Of a stretch of DNA of 64,000 nucleotides, positions 1-11,404 are shown piece after piece. Each line of letters opens with the position of its first letter. Positions within the stretch are counted from its first letter, which is position 1. Below the pieces are notes generated by a model. That model did not search any database and had not been told where the DNA came from. It was given only the letters and a program-made list of their open reading frames with translations. Where the stretch lies: the NCBI GenBank assembly GCA_034780895.1, contig JAUZTB010000081.1:11132050-11196049 (forward strand), written 5' to 3'. The translations under genes and the position numbers were made by a program. Source of the DNA: Rhynchobatus australiae (lineage: Eukaryota).

Positions 1-294
1 GTGACATGTTTCTGACAAATGTTCAAGCCGCATCACAGTCTCCGAAATTGTGAATATTTTCCCCTTATATTATATATCTAGCTTCAGACTTTATTTGTAA
101 CTGATACGAGACGGAAATAAACTAATATGTAGGTCAATACATGGCTCAACCAATGTAGAAAGCGCCCGTTCAGGACAAACCACAGTAATTGGCCCATTTT
201 CCATTTGCTGACGAATGAAATTGATGAAATACCTGTTTACATCTTACCAATTGAACCGTGATCAAATGCATATATTAAACATTGCATAATTAAT

Positions 295-358
295 GTGATT
301 GAATAATTCCAATCATCGTTTGTGCTGAATACCCTTCGAGGCTGCTCTGAGATATAAG
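295..358 (+). promoter_or_regulatory. Putative core promoter of GPCR gene 1 (TGATTGAATAATT-CCAAT ... GATATAAG TATA-like box)
   Basis: The same motif order recurs before all five visible exon-1 starts. Here GATATAA at 351 is 81 nt upstream of ATG 432; the range across copies is 73-81 nt. Confidence 0.6.
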
Positions 359-431
359 TAACATCAAATTTTACCAATCAGGAGATCCGTGTAGCTGTCA
401 GACGAACCAGAGTCGTAGATTCCCTCCGATT

Positions 432-501
432 ATGAAAACGCCTGTGATCCTGCAGACGGAAGCTATTTACTATCCTATTCTTGGAGCCATTGGGATTCCA
501 G
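432..501 (+). CDS. GPR139/GPR142-like GPCR gene 1, coding exon 1 (joins 2979-3898)
   Basis: The ATG frame reads MKTPVILQTEAIYYPILGAIGIP plus G, then donor gtaaat at 502. It is 70 nt, phase 1, and homologous to exon 1 at 50141 and 55008. The ORF track misses it. Confidence 0.88.
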
Positions 502-1379
502 GTAAATCAGTCATAGAACGGTTTGGCAGATATAAGTTGAAGTGTTTGACTCCCGATGTGAACAGACAACGACAATGATATCTGAAAAAAAAGTGTTTTA
601 GGATCCCATCATAGTATTAACGCAAACACCTTACTGAAGTAAAATTAGTCTGACTGCTCGTCATCAGTAATGCACACGATTGTCAACAATGTGCTTGGGT
701 CATTTGTGTACTGGATTGAGCTATGAAAATGCTAGTGTTTGAATATATAGAATAAGGGTAGATAATAATTTGCACTTCAGTTATGTTCACCGAGCAGAAA
801 TAAACATCCCTTTCAGCTCCAAGAAAATAAAACAGTCTGCCACAGGAATGGTGGATTGCATGCTTCAAATAAAGGATTTTTGTGAAAATGTTGCATTTCA
901 TGCATTTCAGTTTAGATTCCATGGAGTAGTTTCGACCCAGCGTCACTGAACAGATAGAAAGTAAATGCAACCGTATATTCCGCACGTTGTTTCTCAACGT
1001 CAGTATTTATTGATAATTTCAAATTTGGAGGTCATGGCAGAAACTGAACAGCTGCAAAATCATATTGATGGATTTTCTTCAGTGCATTCTGTACTTCTGC
1101 AGGAGAATATGCTTGTCGTGCAGAACCTTCCGTAGAGAGTTGTATTCAATTTTATTCAAATCGAATGAAGAAAGTAATTGCCATAGACAGAGTTCCGTGA
1201 CGATTCACAGATTTGATTCCTCAGATGGCGGTTTGCAGGATGGGGAGACAGTAACGAGAGTGAGATCTAGTACAGAAATGGAAAGATAAGCAATGTTATC
1301 ACTGAAAGAAATAATTGGCGAATCAACCGATCAGATACAAAAAAATATTTCAATTACGTGAACAGGTTTAGGAAACTGG

Positions 1380-1620
1380 CCATCGAAAGAATGAGGTAGC
1401 TTATTTCAGATTTAGTCGCAGAAAAAAAATTCTTCGTCCAGAGTTTGGTGAACCTTTGAAATGCTCGATTTCAGAGCACAATCAAAGCTTAATCAACTCA
1501 TTTAAACGCTTGCTGACAGGTTTCAGCGCAAAATGAAGGAGTATGAGACACGAGGATAACGCGGAGAAAATGTCACTGAGATATCAGATTGCCAGGATTT
1601 TACTGAATGGAGGATATTTT
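1380..1620 (+). mobile_element. Degenerate CR1-like LINE 3' fragment in the intron of gene 1
   Basis: aaattcttcgtccagagtttggtgaacctttgaaatgctc resembles the CR1 ORF2 C-terminal FFSQRVVNLWNSLP region seen better at 41040-41110 and 63250-63306. Confidence 0.4.
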
Positions 1621-2978
1621 TGTCACCTACTGTTGTGCTCTGAAAGATTTTCTGCAAAATCTGTGTTCAGCTGTACCAAGAATGCACGCGTTCAACTGCG
1701 ATCGTTTTTTTTTTCCTCAGCAGTGGTTGTATTTAATCATGTAAAATGAGTTTGCAGCCAAGTCCTCTTGAACTCATTTTTTACCATGAACCTGAGACCA
1801 AACTTAGTGCTCATCACCTCAATATTTATTCAGTAGATGTGGAATTAGCCTATTTACCGATTTTACTATGGTTTTCATTTCAATGTTTTAATATTTTATT
1901 GAAACTTTTANNNNNNNNNNCTTCAAGCTAACGTGAGTGTTGTATACGGAAACACTGCCACGAGAGATGTAGTAAGAGTTATTCCAAAGAATAATTAATG
2001 ACCCAAATGAAATTGTAATTGGTTGTCGGAAACAGTAGAACATTCTCAGTTTAGAAAGTATTTCAAAATTTGTTAATTCAAGCTGCACTTCCCAAATATT
2101 TTATTTCAAAGCTTCACAAACACTACTGATAGAAATAAGTTTTTTTTTATAGTTCTGATAGGATTTCTTGTCAAATAACTCTACATCAACTGGTGAAATT
2201 GTGACATAGGAATTATACGTCGCATATACATATCCAGAAAAACAAACCCGGGACAAATATTGCGACGGTATTCAAGGAAGGTTACTCATGTAACCTTAAA
2301 TTTGCTCTGTGTGTTGAGTTGCTTCTGTTGAATGTTTGTCTGTGCGCAACCGAACCACACGGGAGATAGTTGAACAAATGTCTAATGCATTGTGTATGGA
2401 CCAGCTGAGTAACCATCAATTTGTGGACTCGAACTGAGGGTACTCACCAGCCATATTAGCCATCTCCAGATGTAAAAAGAACAATACGTTACAAATCCAC
2501 TCATTCCATTCGAACCTGCAGTGGAGATAACAGAAGAAGAGCAACATTTCCAATATGAAGTTTGGTTGAACAGCGGAACACAGATGCGATGAATATTTAT
2601 TGTTTTTAATTGAATTACAATGGCCCTGAGATAAAATGAATATAACTGTAAGCTTGGTTGATATGATGTTGGATAACGAACTGTAGGTAAAATGAAGCAC
2701 ACATTGGGACGATTAAATTAGAGCAACATATAGATCTGCCGAGATGCAAATACTTAATATTTTTCCACAGTATTTTATTTTATAAACCGTACTGCGTGCA
2801 GGCAACAAAAAAAATCGAACAAGTCAGGGATGGTTTCGCAACCATTGTTTTATATTTTTTAATTTACTTTAAATGCCCTGAAGGAATAAAAATGGGGATA
2901 AAATTTTGACCAAGGAACGCCCTGTTTTTTTTCCTATTAAACCTTGTTTCTAAAGAAATTTGTTTTCTTTGTTTGCAG

Positions 2979-3898
2979 CTAATTTGATGGCAATGGTCAT
3001 TCTGTCCTCTGGAAAATGCGGTCTCTCCAGATGCATCATCAAGTATCTAGTATCGATGGCAGTTGCTGACCTCATGGTTTTGCTAATTAATGTAATGGTG
3101 AATGAACTGAAAGAGTCGTATTTTCCGTATTCATTCTTGAATTACACGCCTATTTGCAGTCTTATTGTTCTATTGATGTATATTTCTCTTGACTCCTCTG
3201 TCTGGTTAACGGTCGCTTTCACACTTGATCGATTTGTTGCGATTTCTTGCCAGTCGTTGCGGGCAAAATATTGCACGCCGAAGATAGCATCGAGGGTTAT
3301 AGCAATGGTTTTCTTGTTAAGCATCTTGGAAAATATCCCAATTTACTTTATATTTGAACCTCGGGATATAATTAACCAGATACCATGGTCTTGTTACGTA
3401 AAAGAAAGCTTCTACACCTCACCTGCTTGGATCGTATTCTTATGGATCGAAACAGCCTTAACCCCTTTTGCACCATATGTGTTGATTCTTCTGCTTAATT
3501 CATTGACCATAAAGAATATAATATTGTCCAACAGAGTCAGGAGCAAATTACGAGGAAACAACAAAGAGGGTTGCCAGAATGATCAAGAGACTGACAACAG
3601 AAGGAAATCAATCATTTTGCTCATTGCAATATCTGGCAATTTTATTCTCTTATGGATGGTAAATCTCGTGTGCTTCATCTGTGTGCAGTTCACCGACACT
3701 CAGTTTTGGGACTCAGATGCTAACGATGCTTTCACCATTGCAGAGAAATGTGGGTACATGCTAAGGTGTTTGAGCACTTGTACAAACACCTTCATTTATG
3801 CGATATCTCAGAAAAAGTTCAGAGAGGAAATGAAGAATATGATTAAGCGTCTCATTTTTCCTACCGGTAATTTATGCAGGCACTGTATGTTTCTTTAG
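2979..3898 (+). CDS. GPR139/GPR142-like class A GPCR gene 1, exon 2; spliced product 329 aa, intact
   Basis: Acceptor tgttttctttgtttgcag at 2977-2978; G|CT rebuilds the TM1 motif GIPAN. Further motifs: MAVADL (TM2), C3.25, FTLDRFVAI (TM3), PWSC (ECL2), PFAP (TM5), RRKSIILL..W (TM6), NTFIY (TM7), helix 8 KKFREE. Total 70+920 = 990 nt. Confidence 0.92.
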
Positions 3899-4550
3899 CA
3901 CTTAAAGAACTGTATCGAAACTAAATGAACTAACTGATGTGAATTGATCGCAGAAAAATCCCTTAAATTAACTGATTGTGGCATCGATTCCCTTTCTAAC
4001 ATTTCTCCGTATCTATCATTATTTTCAGTTATAATCAAATAATAGTGAAGCGACGCGCATTATTTTCAGATATGAAATCAATTAATTGAAACAAGTACAT
4101 TTGTTTCATTTAACTAAGGTAAACACCACAACTATGTGAGAGAATGCTGACATCCACGGGATGGGATGCGTTTTTGAATGGAATAATATTCCGCAGAATA
4201 TTTTACATTTGACATAGACCAGTNNNNNNNNNNNNNNNNNNNNNNNNNNNNNNNNNNNNNNNNNNNNNNNNNNNNNNNNNNNNNNNNNNNNNNNNNNNNN
4301 NNNNNNNNNNNNNNNNNNNNNNNNNNNNNNNNNNNNNNNNNNNNNNNNNNNNNNNNNNNNNNNNNNNNNNNNNNNNNNNNNNNNNNNNNNNNNNNNNNNN
4401 NNNNNNNNNNNNNNNNNNNNNNNNNNNNNNNNNNNNNNNNNNNNNNNNNNNNNNNNNNNNNNNNNNNNNNNNNNNNNNNNNNNNNNNNNNNNNNNNNNNN
4501 NNNNNNNNNNNNNNNNNNNNNNNNNNNNNNNNNNNNNNNNNNNNNNNNNN

Positions 4551-5290
4551 CCCCCCCTTATTAAACCTATGCATTCCCGTATTTTCGATTTCTGTCCCGG
4601 AGGAAAATAATCACTGATAATTTATCCTGTCTATGCGTCTCATAATGTTCCAAACATCTATAAAATCGCCCTTCAGCCTCTGATGCTCCAGAGAAATCAA
4701 ACCATATTTGTCCAACCTCTCCTTTTAGCTTTTTTACTGTCGTCCAAGCAACATCCCAGTGGATATCTTCTGCATCCTCTCGGCCTCCACATCTTTTTAA
4801 AAATGCAAAGACCAGAACTGTACACAGCATTCCAATGTGGCCTAAATAAAGTTTTGCACAGCTGCAGCATGACTTCCTGAATTCTACACTGAACGCACCG
4901 AAAGAATATAACAAATCAACTTTACTCCTTCTTTACCGCCCTTTCTACTTATTTTGCCACTTTCATAAAGATGTGGTTTTCTCCACAGCATCACTCTCTA
5001 ATCACTCTCTATTTTAGTGCTGCATAGGGTCCTGCTATTTGTTCTATACATCCATCGTGGATTTGCCCTTGCAAAGTGTAACAACACGCATTTGTCCGGA
5101 TTAAATTTATCTGTCATTTCTCTGACAAGATGTCCAACATCGATATTGTGCTGTATCGTTTTGATATAATTCCTCAATATCCACAAAATAGCAATTTTTG
5201 TGTCATCTGCAAATTACTCATCATCCAACCTACACATCCTCTCAAGGCATATATGTATATCATCTGCAACATAAGTCCCAGTAATAATCA
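4551..5290 (-). mobile_element. CR1-like LINE ORF2 3' relic
   Basis: Minus-strand peptides such as DKFNPDKCVLLHF match the CR1 copy at 36431-36901 (MKFNPDKYESLHF). Confidence 0.75.
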
Positions 5291-5292
5291 AA

Positions 5293-5532
5293 CGAAATGC
5301 TGGATGAGCCCCGCAGGTCAGGCAGTATCAATGGAGGGAAATAAACAGCGGACCTTTTGTGCCGAGACCCTTCATCAGCTCTGATGAATGGATGAATGAA
5401 CTCTGCCCGAAATATCTACTGCCTGACTTGCTCAGTTCCATGGATGAACATTCATAGATGCTGCTTGACCTGCCGTGTTCCTCCAGCATCTTCTGGATGA
5501 TTTCAACATCTGCAGTGTTCCTTGTGTCCCAG
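5293..5532. mobile_element. Inverted-repeat (head-to-head) Penelope-like terminal repeat with degenerate hammerhead-like cores
   Basis: Arms aaatgctggatgagccccgcaggtcaggcagtatc and gatgctgcttgacctgccgtgttcctccagcatc are inverted around the centre ttcatcag-ct-ctgatgaa (5371-5388). Confidence 0.6.
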
Positions 5533-5787
5533 CAATTATCCTTGGGAAACACCACTGGCAACAACAGTTACAATAACGCCGTTGCGCCACTACCTTCCGC
5601 CTTCTGTGGCCAATCTAATTTTGAATTCAATCCACTAAGTGATCAGGGATCCCGACTGTGTTAATCTTCTGTATATGCATAACATGANNNNNNNNNNNNN
5701 NNNNNNNNNNNNNNNNNNNNNNNNNNNNNNNNNNNNNNNNNNNNNNNNNNNNNNNNNNNNNNNNNNNNNNNNNNNNNNNNNNNNNNN

Positions 5788-6420
5788 GTTGCTCCACTAC
5801 CCTTCGCCTTCTGTGGCCAATCCAATTTTGAATTCAATCCACTAAGTGATCAGAGATCCCGTCTGCGTTAATCTTCTGTCTATTCATAACATGAAGGACA
5901 TTGCCGAAAGCTTTAGTAATGTCCACAATAACTATTTCCGTACACTAATCTGTCATCTTCGACGTCTCCATACAAAACTCAATAAAGTTTGGATGATTTG
6001 AACTGCCTCGCAGAGAATCATGCTGACTATAACTGTTCGGTCTATGCTTTTCAAGATGCCAGCAGATCATAATTCCCATCTGCTCTGCCAACCTTCCGAC
6101 CAGTCTACCAATGGGGTTAATTTTTAAAGTCTTACTCAAGTCGCCTTCAATTCTGCCTTAACCAATATTCCCAGATCGCTCCTCAAAATCCTCAACCAAA
6201 TTAATCACGAGATTTCCTTCACAGAAAACCATACTGTCTGTCCCTCATCAGCAGCTTCTTTTCCAAATGCTCCTAAGACCTGTGGCGCTGAATTTATTGC
6301 AGTGATTTTGCTTCTGATAATGTAAGGACCGCAGTTCTATCGTTACTTGACTGATCCCTGTTGCTATTCTTAAAGAAAGGACTCACTATCATTCGCTATC
6401 CTACAGACTTTGTGACCTCA
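5788..6420 (-). mobile_element. CR1-like LINE RT-region relic
   Basis: Minus peptide WHLEKHRPNSYSQHDSLRGSSNHPNFIEF parallels YWHLEKHRLLMDSLHGFVRGRSCLTRLID in the 35803 CR1 ORF. Confidence 0.7.
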
Positions 6421-9400
6421 GCAATGACCACCAAAAATGGAAAAATAACCATGAAGGCTTCATGTATCGCATCTATTGCTTCCCATGACACGCTGCAGGA
6501 GATCTCATTATCCACGATCAATCTTTTTGTTTTATCAAACATAATGCACTCATTAAAACAGCTCCACTTTCCTTACACTGATAGATTACATGCTACCTTG
6601 GTTTCCCTCACTGAAATCACCATTTTCCACGTCCATATCCTTGGTCAATTCAGATGAGAACGAACCCAGGCTCACATCCCGCGGCTAGAAACATACATTC
6701 CTCCTTTAATCCCGAAGAGTCCCCAAACTTACCCTCGTTACATTCTTACTCCAGATATACTTAAATAATGTCTGTATTTTCTCTTTATTCTTAGCTGCCA
6801 AATGTATTTCATGGCCTTTTTTGTCCTGCGTAATGTCCATTTTAACTTGTATCATTGTGTTATTCTTTATGAGATTCATTCAATTCCAATTGCTTACACC
6901 TGTTATATGCTTACTTCTTTTCCCCAATCACACGTTTGACATATATTCTTATTCCTGGTTTCCTAATCATACCAAGCTCCGCCTTGCATCATTATCGGAC
7001 ATTACTGAACGTAAGCTCCTCATACCACTCTTCTGAAAGGCCCCACTTTTCGCCGCAAGCATATGCTCTGAAACGTCTTTAGCCAGGTTGCCTCTTATTG
7101 TATTAAACTAAGCTTTCCGAAATCCTTGGACCAGAATTTGAGGACTAAACTTTACATTTGTTTAATTATGGACTCTATTCTCACAGTGCCCCCTACAGAT
7201 ACTTACACGATCACACAATCTACTCAGTTTTATTTCTTCAGATGAGGTCCAGCAATGCCCCGTCTCTACAGATTAGCTTTTGGACGCACTTTTGAAAGAA
7301 AGTCCCATCAATGCAGGCTCCACACACGAAGGCAATCCCTGTCAATATTGGGAAGTATAATGCCGACTGTCGTGACGCTGTTTTGACTCTATTTCCCATA
7401 CACTTTCCTGCTGGCCATTGGGGCCTAGNNNNNNNNNNNNNNNNNNNNNNNNNNNNNNNNNNNNNNNNNNNNNNNNNNNNNNNNNNNNNNNNNNNNNNNN
7501 NNNNNNNNNNNNNNNNNNNNNNNNNNNNNNNNNNNNNNNNNNNNNNNNNNNNNNNNNNNNNNNNNNNNNNNNNNNNNNNNNNNNNNNNNNNNNNNNNNNN
7601 NNNNNNNNNNNNNNNNNNNNNNNNNNNNNNNNNNNNNNNNNNNNNNNNNNNNNNNNNNNNNNNNNNNNNNNNNNNNNNNNNNNNNNNNNNNNNNNNNNNN
7701 NNNNNNNNNNNNNNNNNNNNNNNNNNNNNNNNNNNNNNNNNNNNNNNNNNNNNNNNNNNNNNNNNNNNNNNNNNNNNNNNNNNNNNNNNNNNNNNNNNNN
7801 NNNNNNNNNNNNNNNNNNNNNNNNNNNNNNNNNNNNNNNNNNNNNNNNNNNNNNNNNNNNNNNNNNNNNNNNNNNNNNNNNNNNNNNNNNNNNNNNNNNN
7901 NNNNNNNNNNNNNNNNNNNNNNNNNNNNNNNNNNNNNNNNNNNNNNNNNNNNNNNNNNNNNNNNNNNNNNNNNNNNNNNNNNNNNNNNNNNNNNNNNNNN
8001 NNNNNNNNNNNNNNNNNNNNNNNNNNNNNNNNNNNNNNNNNNNNNNNNNNNNNNNNNNNNNNNNNNNNNNNNNNNNNNNNNNNNNNNNNNNNNNNNNNNN
8101 NNNNNNNNNNNNNNNNNNNNNNNNNNNNNNNNNNNNNNNNNNNNNNNNNNATAGCACCAGCAAAATCATCGCCCTTCATTTATTCTTAATTTCTCCGTAT
8201 ATGGCTGCATTCGACGATTCCGCCAGAGTATATTCTCTAACTGAACCTCTGATTTCCATATAACGAGAGATTTCCTTCACACGAGGGTTCCCGAAACTAC
8301 GATTTTAGTCCATAGGGTTGGGGTACCACCATCATTCACTATAAGCTCTCAGCAGGCGGCGGTATATGTTTGTGAATGAGAAATTGTTTGGTGTCTTAAC
8401 GTTGAAGAATAAAAGGGCACATACCGTGTAGGGCACGTGGATGGGCATAGTGAAAATAAACCACTGAGCCAAAGGAAGCTATAAACATTCCAAGAGGCGG
8501 AGTACACAATGATATCACTGGCGCTGGAGGTATAAAACTGGAAGTAGCAAAAAAACAGTGTCAAGCAGAAAAAAAAAACTCAGCGACAAGTAATGTTGTT
8601 TTACAATGAAATCTAGTGTACATCTTTGAGACAGGGTACGGCAACCTTTCGGAAGGCAATGCGTCGAAAGACTCTGGAGGGCATGCAACCTGACAAGATG
8701 ATACCACTTACTCTCTGAGAGACAATAGTCTGACAGTTAATAGTGCAGGAGCAATCCAGGTGAAATCATGATGACGTGACAAATAACGGCTTCTAAAATG
8801 TTGCACCAAAGCGATATACACAAAGCGTTCCATTTTGCAACTTCGATTTTCCGAAGAGGGAACAGCACATATTGTTGAATGTAGGGTTAGGTGTTGCATG
8901 GCCTTATGAAAGCTTTTGTTTTGCTCTGGTCACCCTGAAGATAGATAAGATTGAAAAGCTGAGCATGTGATATGATAAATGCAAGTTGGAATTGTTGAGA
9001 ACAAAACATACATCGAAGAATTGCGGATGGAGTTCGGGATGTCTATTCATGCGTAACGCACAGCGACCAAACCATTGATGGTTTGCATTTCCCTAAAAGG
9101 GAAAGAGAAAATGTTGCTGCAGGATGGAAATTGACAATGTGAGGAATGTGAGGGAAAAAGGACAGCTTTCGCCCGCCCTAAATGTTGACTCTTTCCCACA
9201 GATGTTCCTTGACCTATTGATTTGCTCCGGCACTTTCTGCTGCTTTTTTGGGGTTTCCAGCATCAGGACTATAGTTTTCTTTTTCAGTTTTCCCTCTCCT
9301 ACCGGACTTAATGTAAGCTGTACATAGGTTAAGCAACTGCATTTTTCTTACAGTCAGGAAGGGGAATGACCAATTATAATTTAATTGCAACAACCACGTT

Positions 9401-10409
9401 TGAGAAATGTTCTGATTCAGTTATTCATAATCACGAAAGAAATGTGTCCAATTGACTTCACCGTGTATGATTCTGGGTCATCTTACCTTTCACCACGATT
9501 TTTTTTTCTCAATTGTTTCTGCCGATTACACTATTAAGTTGGACCGGGATTGGTTGCCGTAATGTTCAGTAAAGAAACGAAAAATATGGAAGAATGTTAC
9601 ATTGATTTATCGTGACATATTCTTTCCACTGTTCTGTGATACATGATGGATATTCCTTTAATAGCTTCTGTAATTTCCATCGTACCAGATTTTTATTTAA
9701 AAGAATGGAGTACAAGGCAGTGGCTTCATGGTTCATCATGGAAAATACCTGAATTTGCGGTTACACTGGTGTGAGATAAAACCATATCGTGCTGTATACA
9801 AAATAAATAAATATAAGTAAATTCAATCGAAACCGCTCATGCCCTTCCAGCAGACAATAATTATGAACTCAGTTCATCGTGCTGTAAAGTTGAAATAACT
9901 CAAGTGCGTGGAAAAGATGTCCAGGAGAAGTGTTATTCTAAAATTATGAGCACACTTTCGGAAAATCTGTTAAAATTAGCGTATTCGAAAATCGACATGA
10001 CTTTTTTTTTGCAAAGAAGCAAAGAATAAAATGTTAATACTTCCGATTGAACCTCCAAAATCGTACGAGCCATTCTTTGTTGTGCATGGTTTTTAAGATA
10101 AGTAAAGTTGCCGTGATCAAATATCTTCAGGGACTGCAAGTTATACACTAAAGTTGATACAAATGGAAGACGCTTCATGGCTTTCGTTTTCGCAGTGATA
10201 GTTAATGTTGATATAAAATGGAGTCAGCAGCAACTATCCAGAACCCTGATAGATATCTTTTGCAAATTATGCCGGCAGAGGATTTGTTCTTATCAATACA
10301 ACGTCGGACAACGAGTATCGTTGGTTTGCATATCATTGACCTCTGACCAATGCGAGAGCTTAAGATCGCTTCTATGCATCGACAAAAAAAGTCGAGGAAA
10401 ACACATAAA

Positions 10410-10900
10410 ATATGAAATTAGGAATAAAATCATGCCAGACAGCCCACCGAGACTGCTCCACCATTCAGGACGACTTTTGCTACATTGCGTTTGGTCTCAT
10501 ATCTTCGTACGTGCCTTGATTTTTCAAAAAAATCGACTTCCCCATTAAATATCCAGAATGATTTAGCCTACATATCTCTCCAGAGTAGAGGATTACAGAG
10601 GCTCCCTGTCCTCTACGAGAAGAAACGACGAAGCATGTCTGAATAATTTGACGGATCCTAATCTTGTAGCAAAGTTTCCCAGATCCAGATTCGTCCAAAT
10701 GTCGTAAATTATCGACAACGAACTTGCTCTTCCAACTGAAGTTCTCATGTTTCAAAAAGATAGCCTCATTCTTATGAACGCTAAAGAATACGGACCTATA
10801 TGTTTCTCCTTATGTGACAGGAGAATCCTCTCATCCCAGTACTTAGCCTGATCGCCTTATTTAGTCTGACAGCAGAAAACACAACTGTTGACAAATATGA
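10410..10900 (-). mobile_element. Degenerate CR1-like 3' end, duplicated at ~13980-14480
   Basis: gaaattaggaataaaatcatgccagacagcccaccgagactgctccaccattc resembles the minus-strand CR1 3' ends at 40865 and 63055. Confidence 0.5.
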
Positions 10901-11203
10901 ACTGCAGCACTGCGGACTTGTTGCTCTACAACATATCATATAGTAACTTCACAAGGATACGACCTATTCTAGACTCATGACACAATAAAAAGTTCGGCCA
11001 GACAGGGGAAAAATCCTCATGCTGTTTCAACACTTTAGATTTTTTTTAAGAAGTAATCACTCGCAGCAGTGAATGGTTTCGGGGTGCTGCGGTGGAGAGC
11101 TGCNNNNNNNNNNNNNNNNNNNNNNNNNNNNNNNNNNNNNNNNNNNNNNNNNNNNNNNNNNNNNNNNNNNNNNNNNNNNNNNNNNNNNNNNNNNNNNNNN
11201 NNN

Positions 11204-11404
11204 AGGCCCCGACACAAGATGGCGCGGGGCACTCCTTCTTTGTTGGGCTAGTGGAGCCCGCGCGCGGGAAGGTCACGTGACATGTGCGTGACGTCAGCGC
11301 GGGACCTGTGTTTATTAAAGGGGCAGCGCACCCCAGTCGTTCATTCAACTCTTGGATTCCAAACAAGTGTCTCGTGTCTTTATTCAGTGTAGCTAGCCGC
11401 TACA
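11204..11404 (+). mobile_element. GC-rich LTR-like segment (3' end), 5' part hidden in a gap
   Basis: Abruptly GC/CpG-rich, ATTAAA, ends ...gtctcgtgtctttattcagtgtagctagccgctaCA. It is absent from duplicate copy A. Confidence 0.5.

Noticed and set aside
528-537. Extra cagatataag motif in the gene 1 intron
   Set aside because: It has no upstream TGATTGA/CCAAT and no exon-1-like sequence 75-80 nt downstream.
2960-2978. ORF-track starts for the receptors (2960, 21416, 37457, 57548)
   Set aside because: These are TTG/GTG or intronic starts beside splice acceptors; the real start is in the upstream 70-nt exon.
432-3898. Assigning the symbol GPR139 or calling these odorant/TAAR receptors
   Set aside because: They are multi-copy and differ from GPR139 in key motifs, and they lack OR motifs (MAYDRYVAIC, KAFSTC) and the TAAR D3.32. 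Only family-level similarity is supported.
7238-8263. ORFs of ~275-313 aa
   Set aside because: They are almost entirely X from the 722-N gap.
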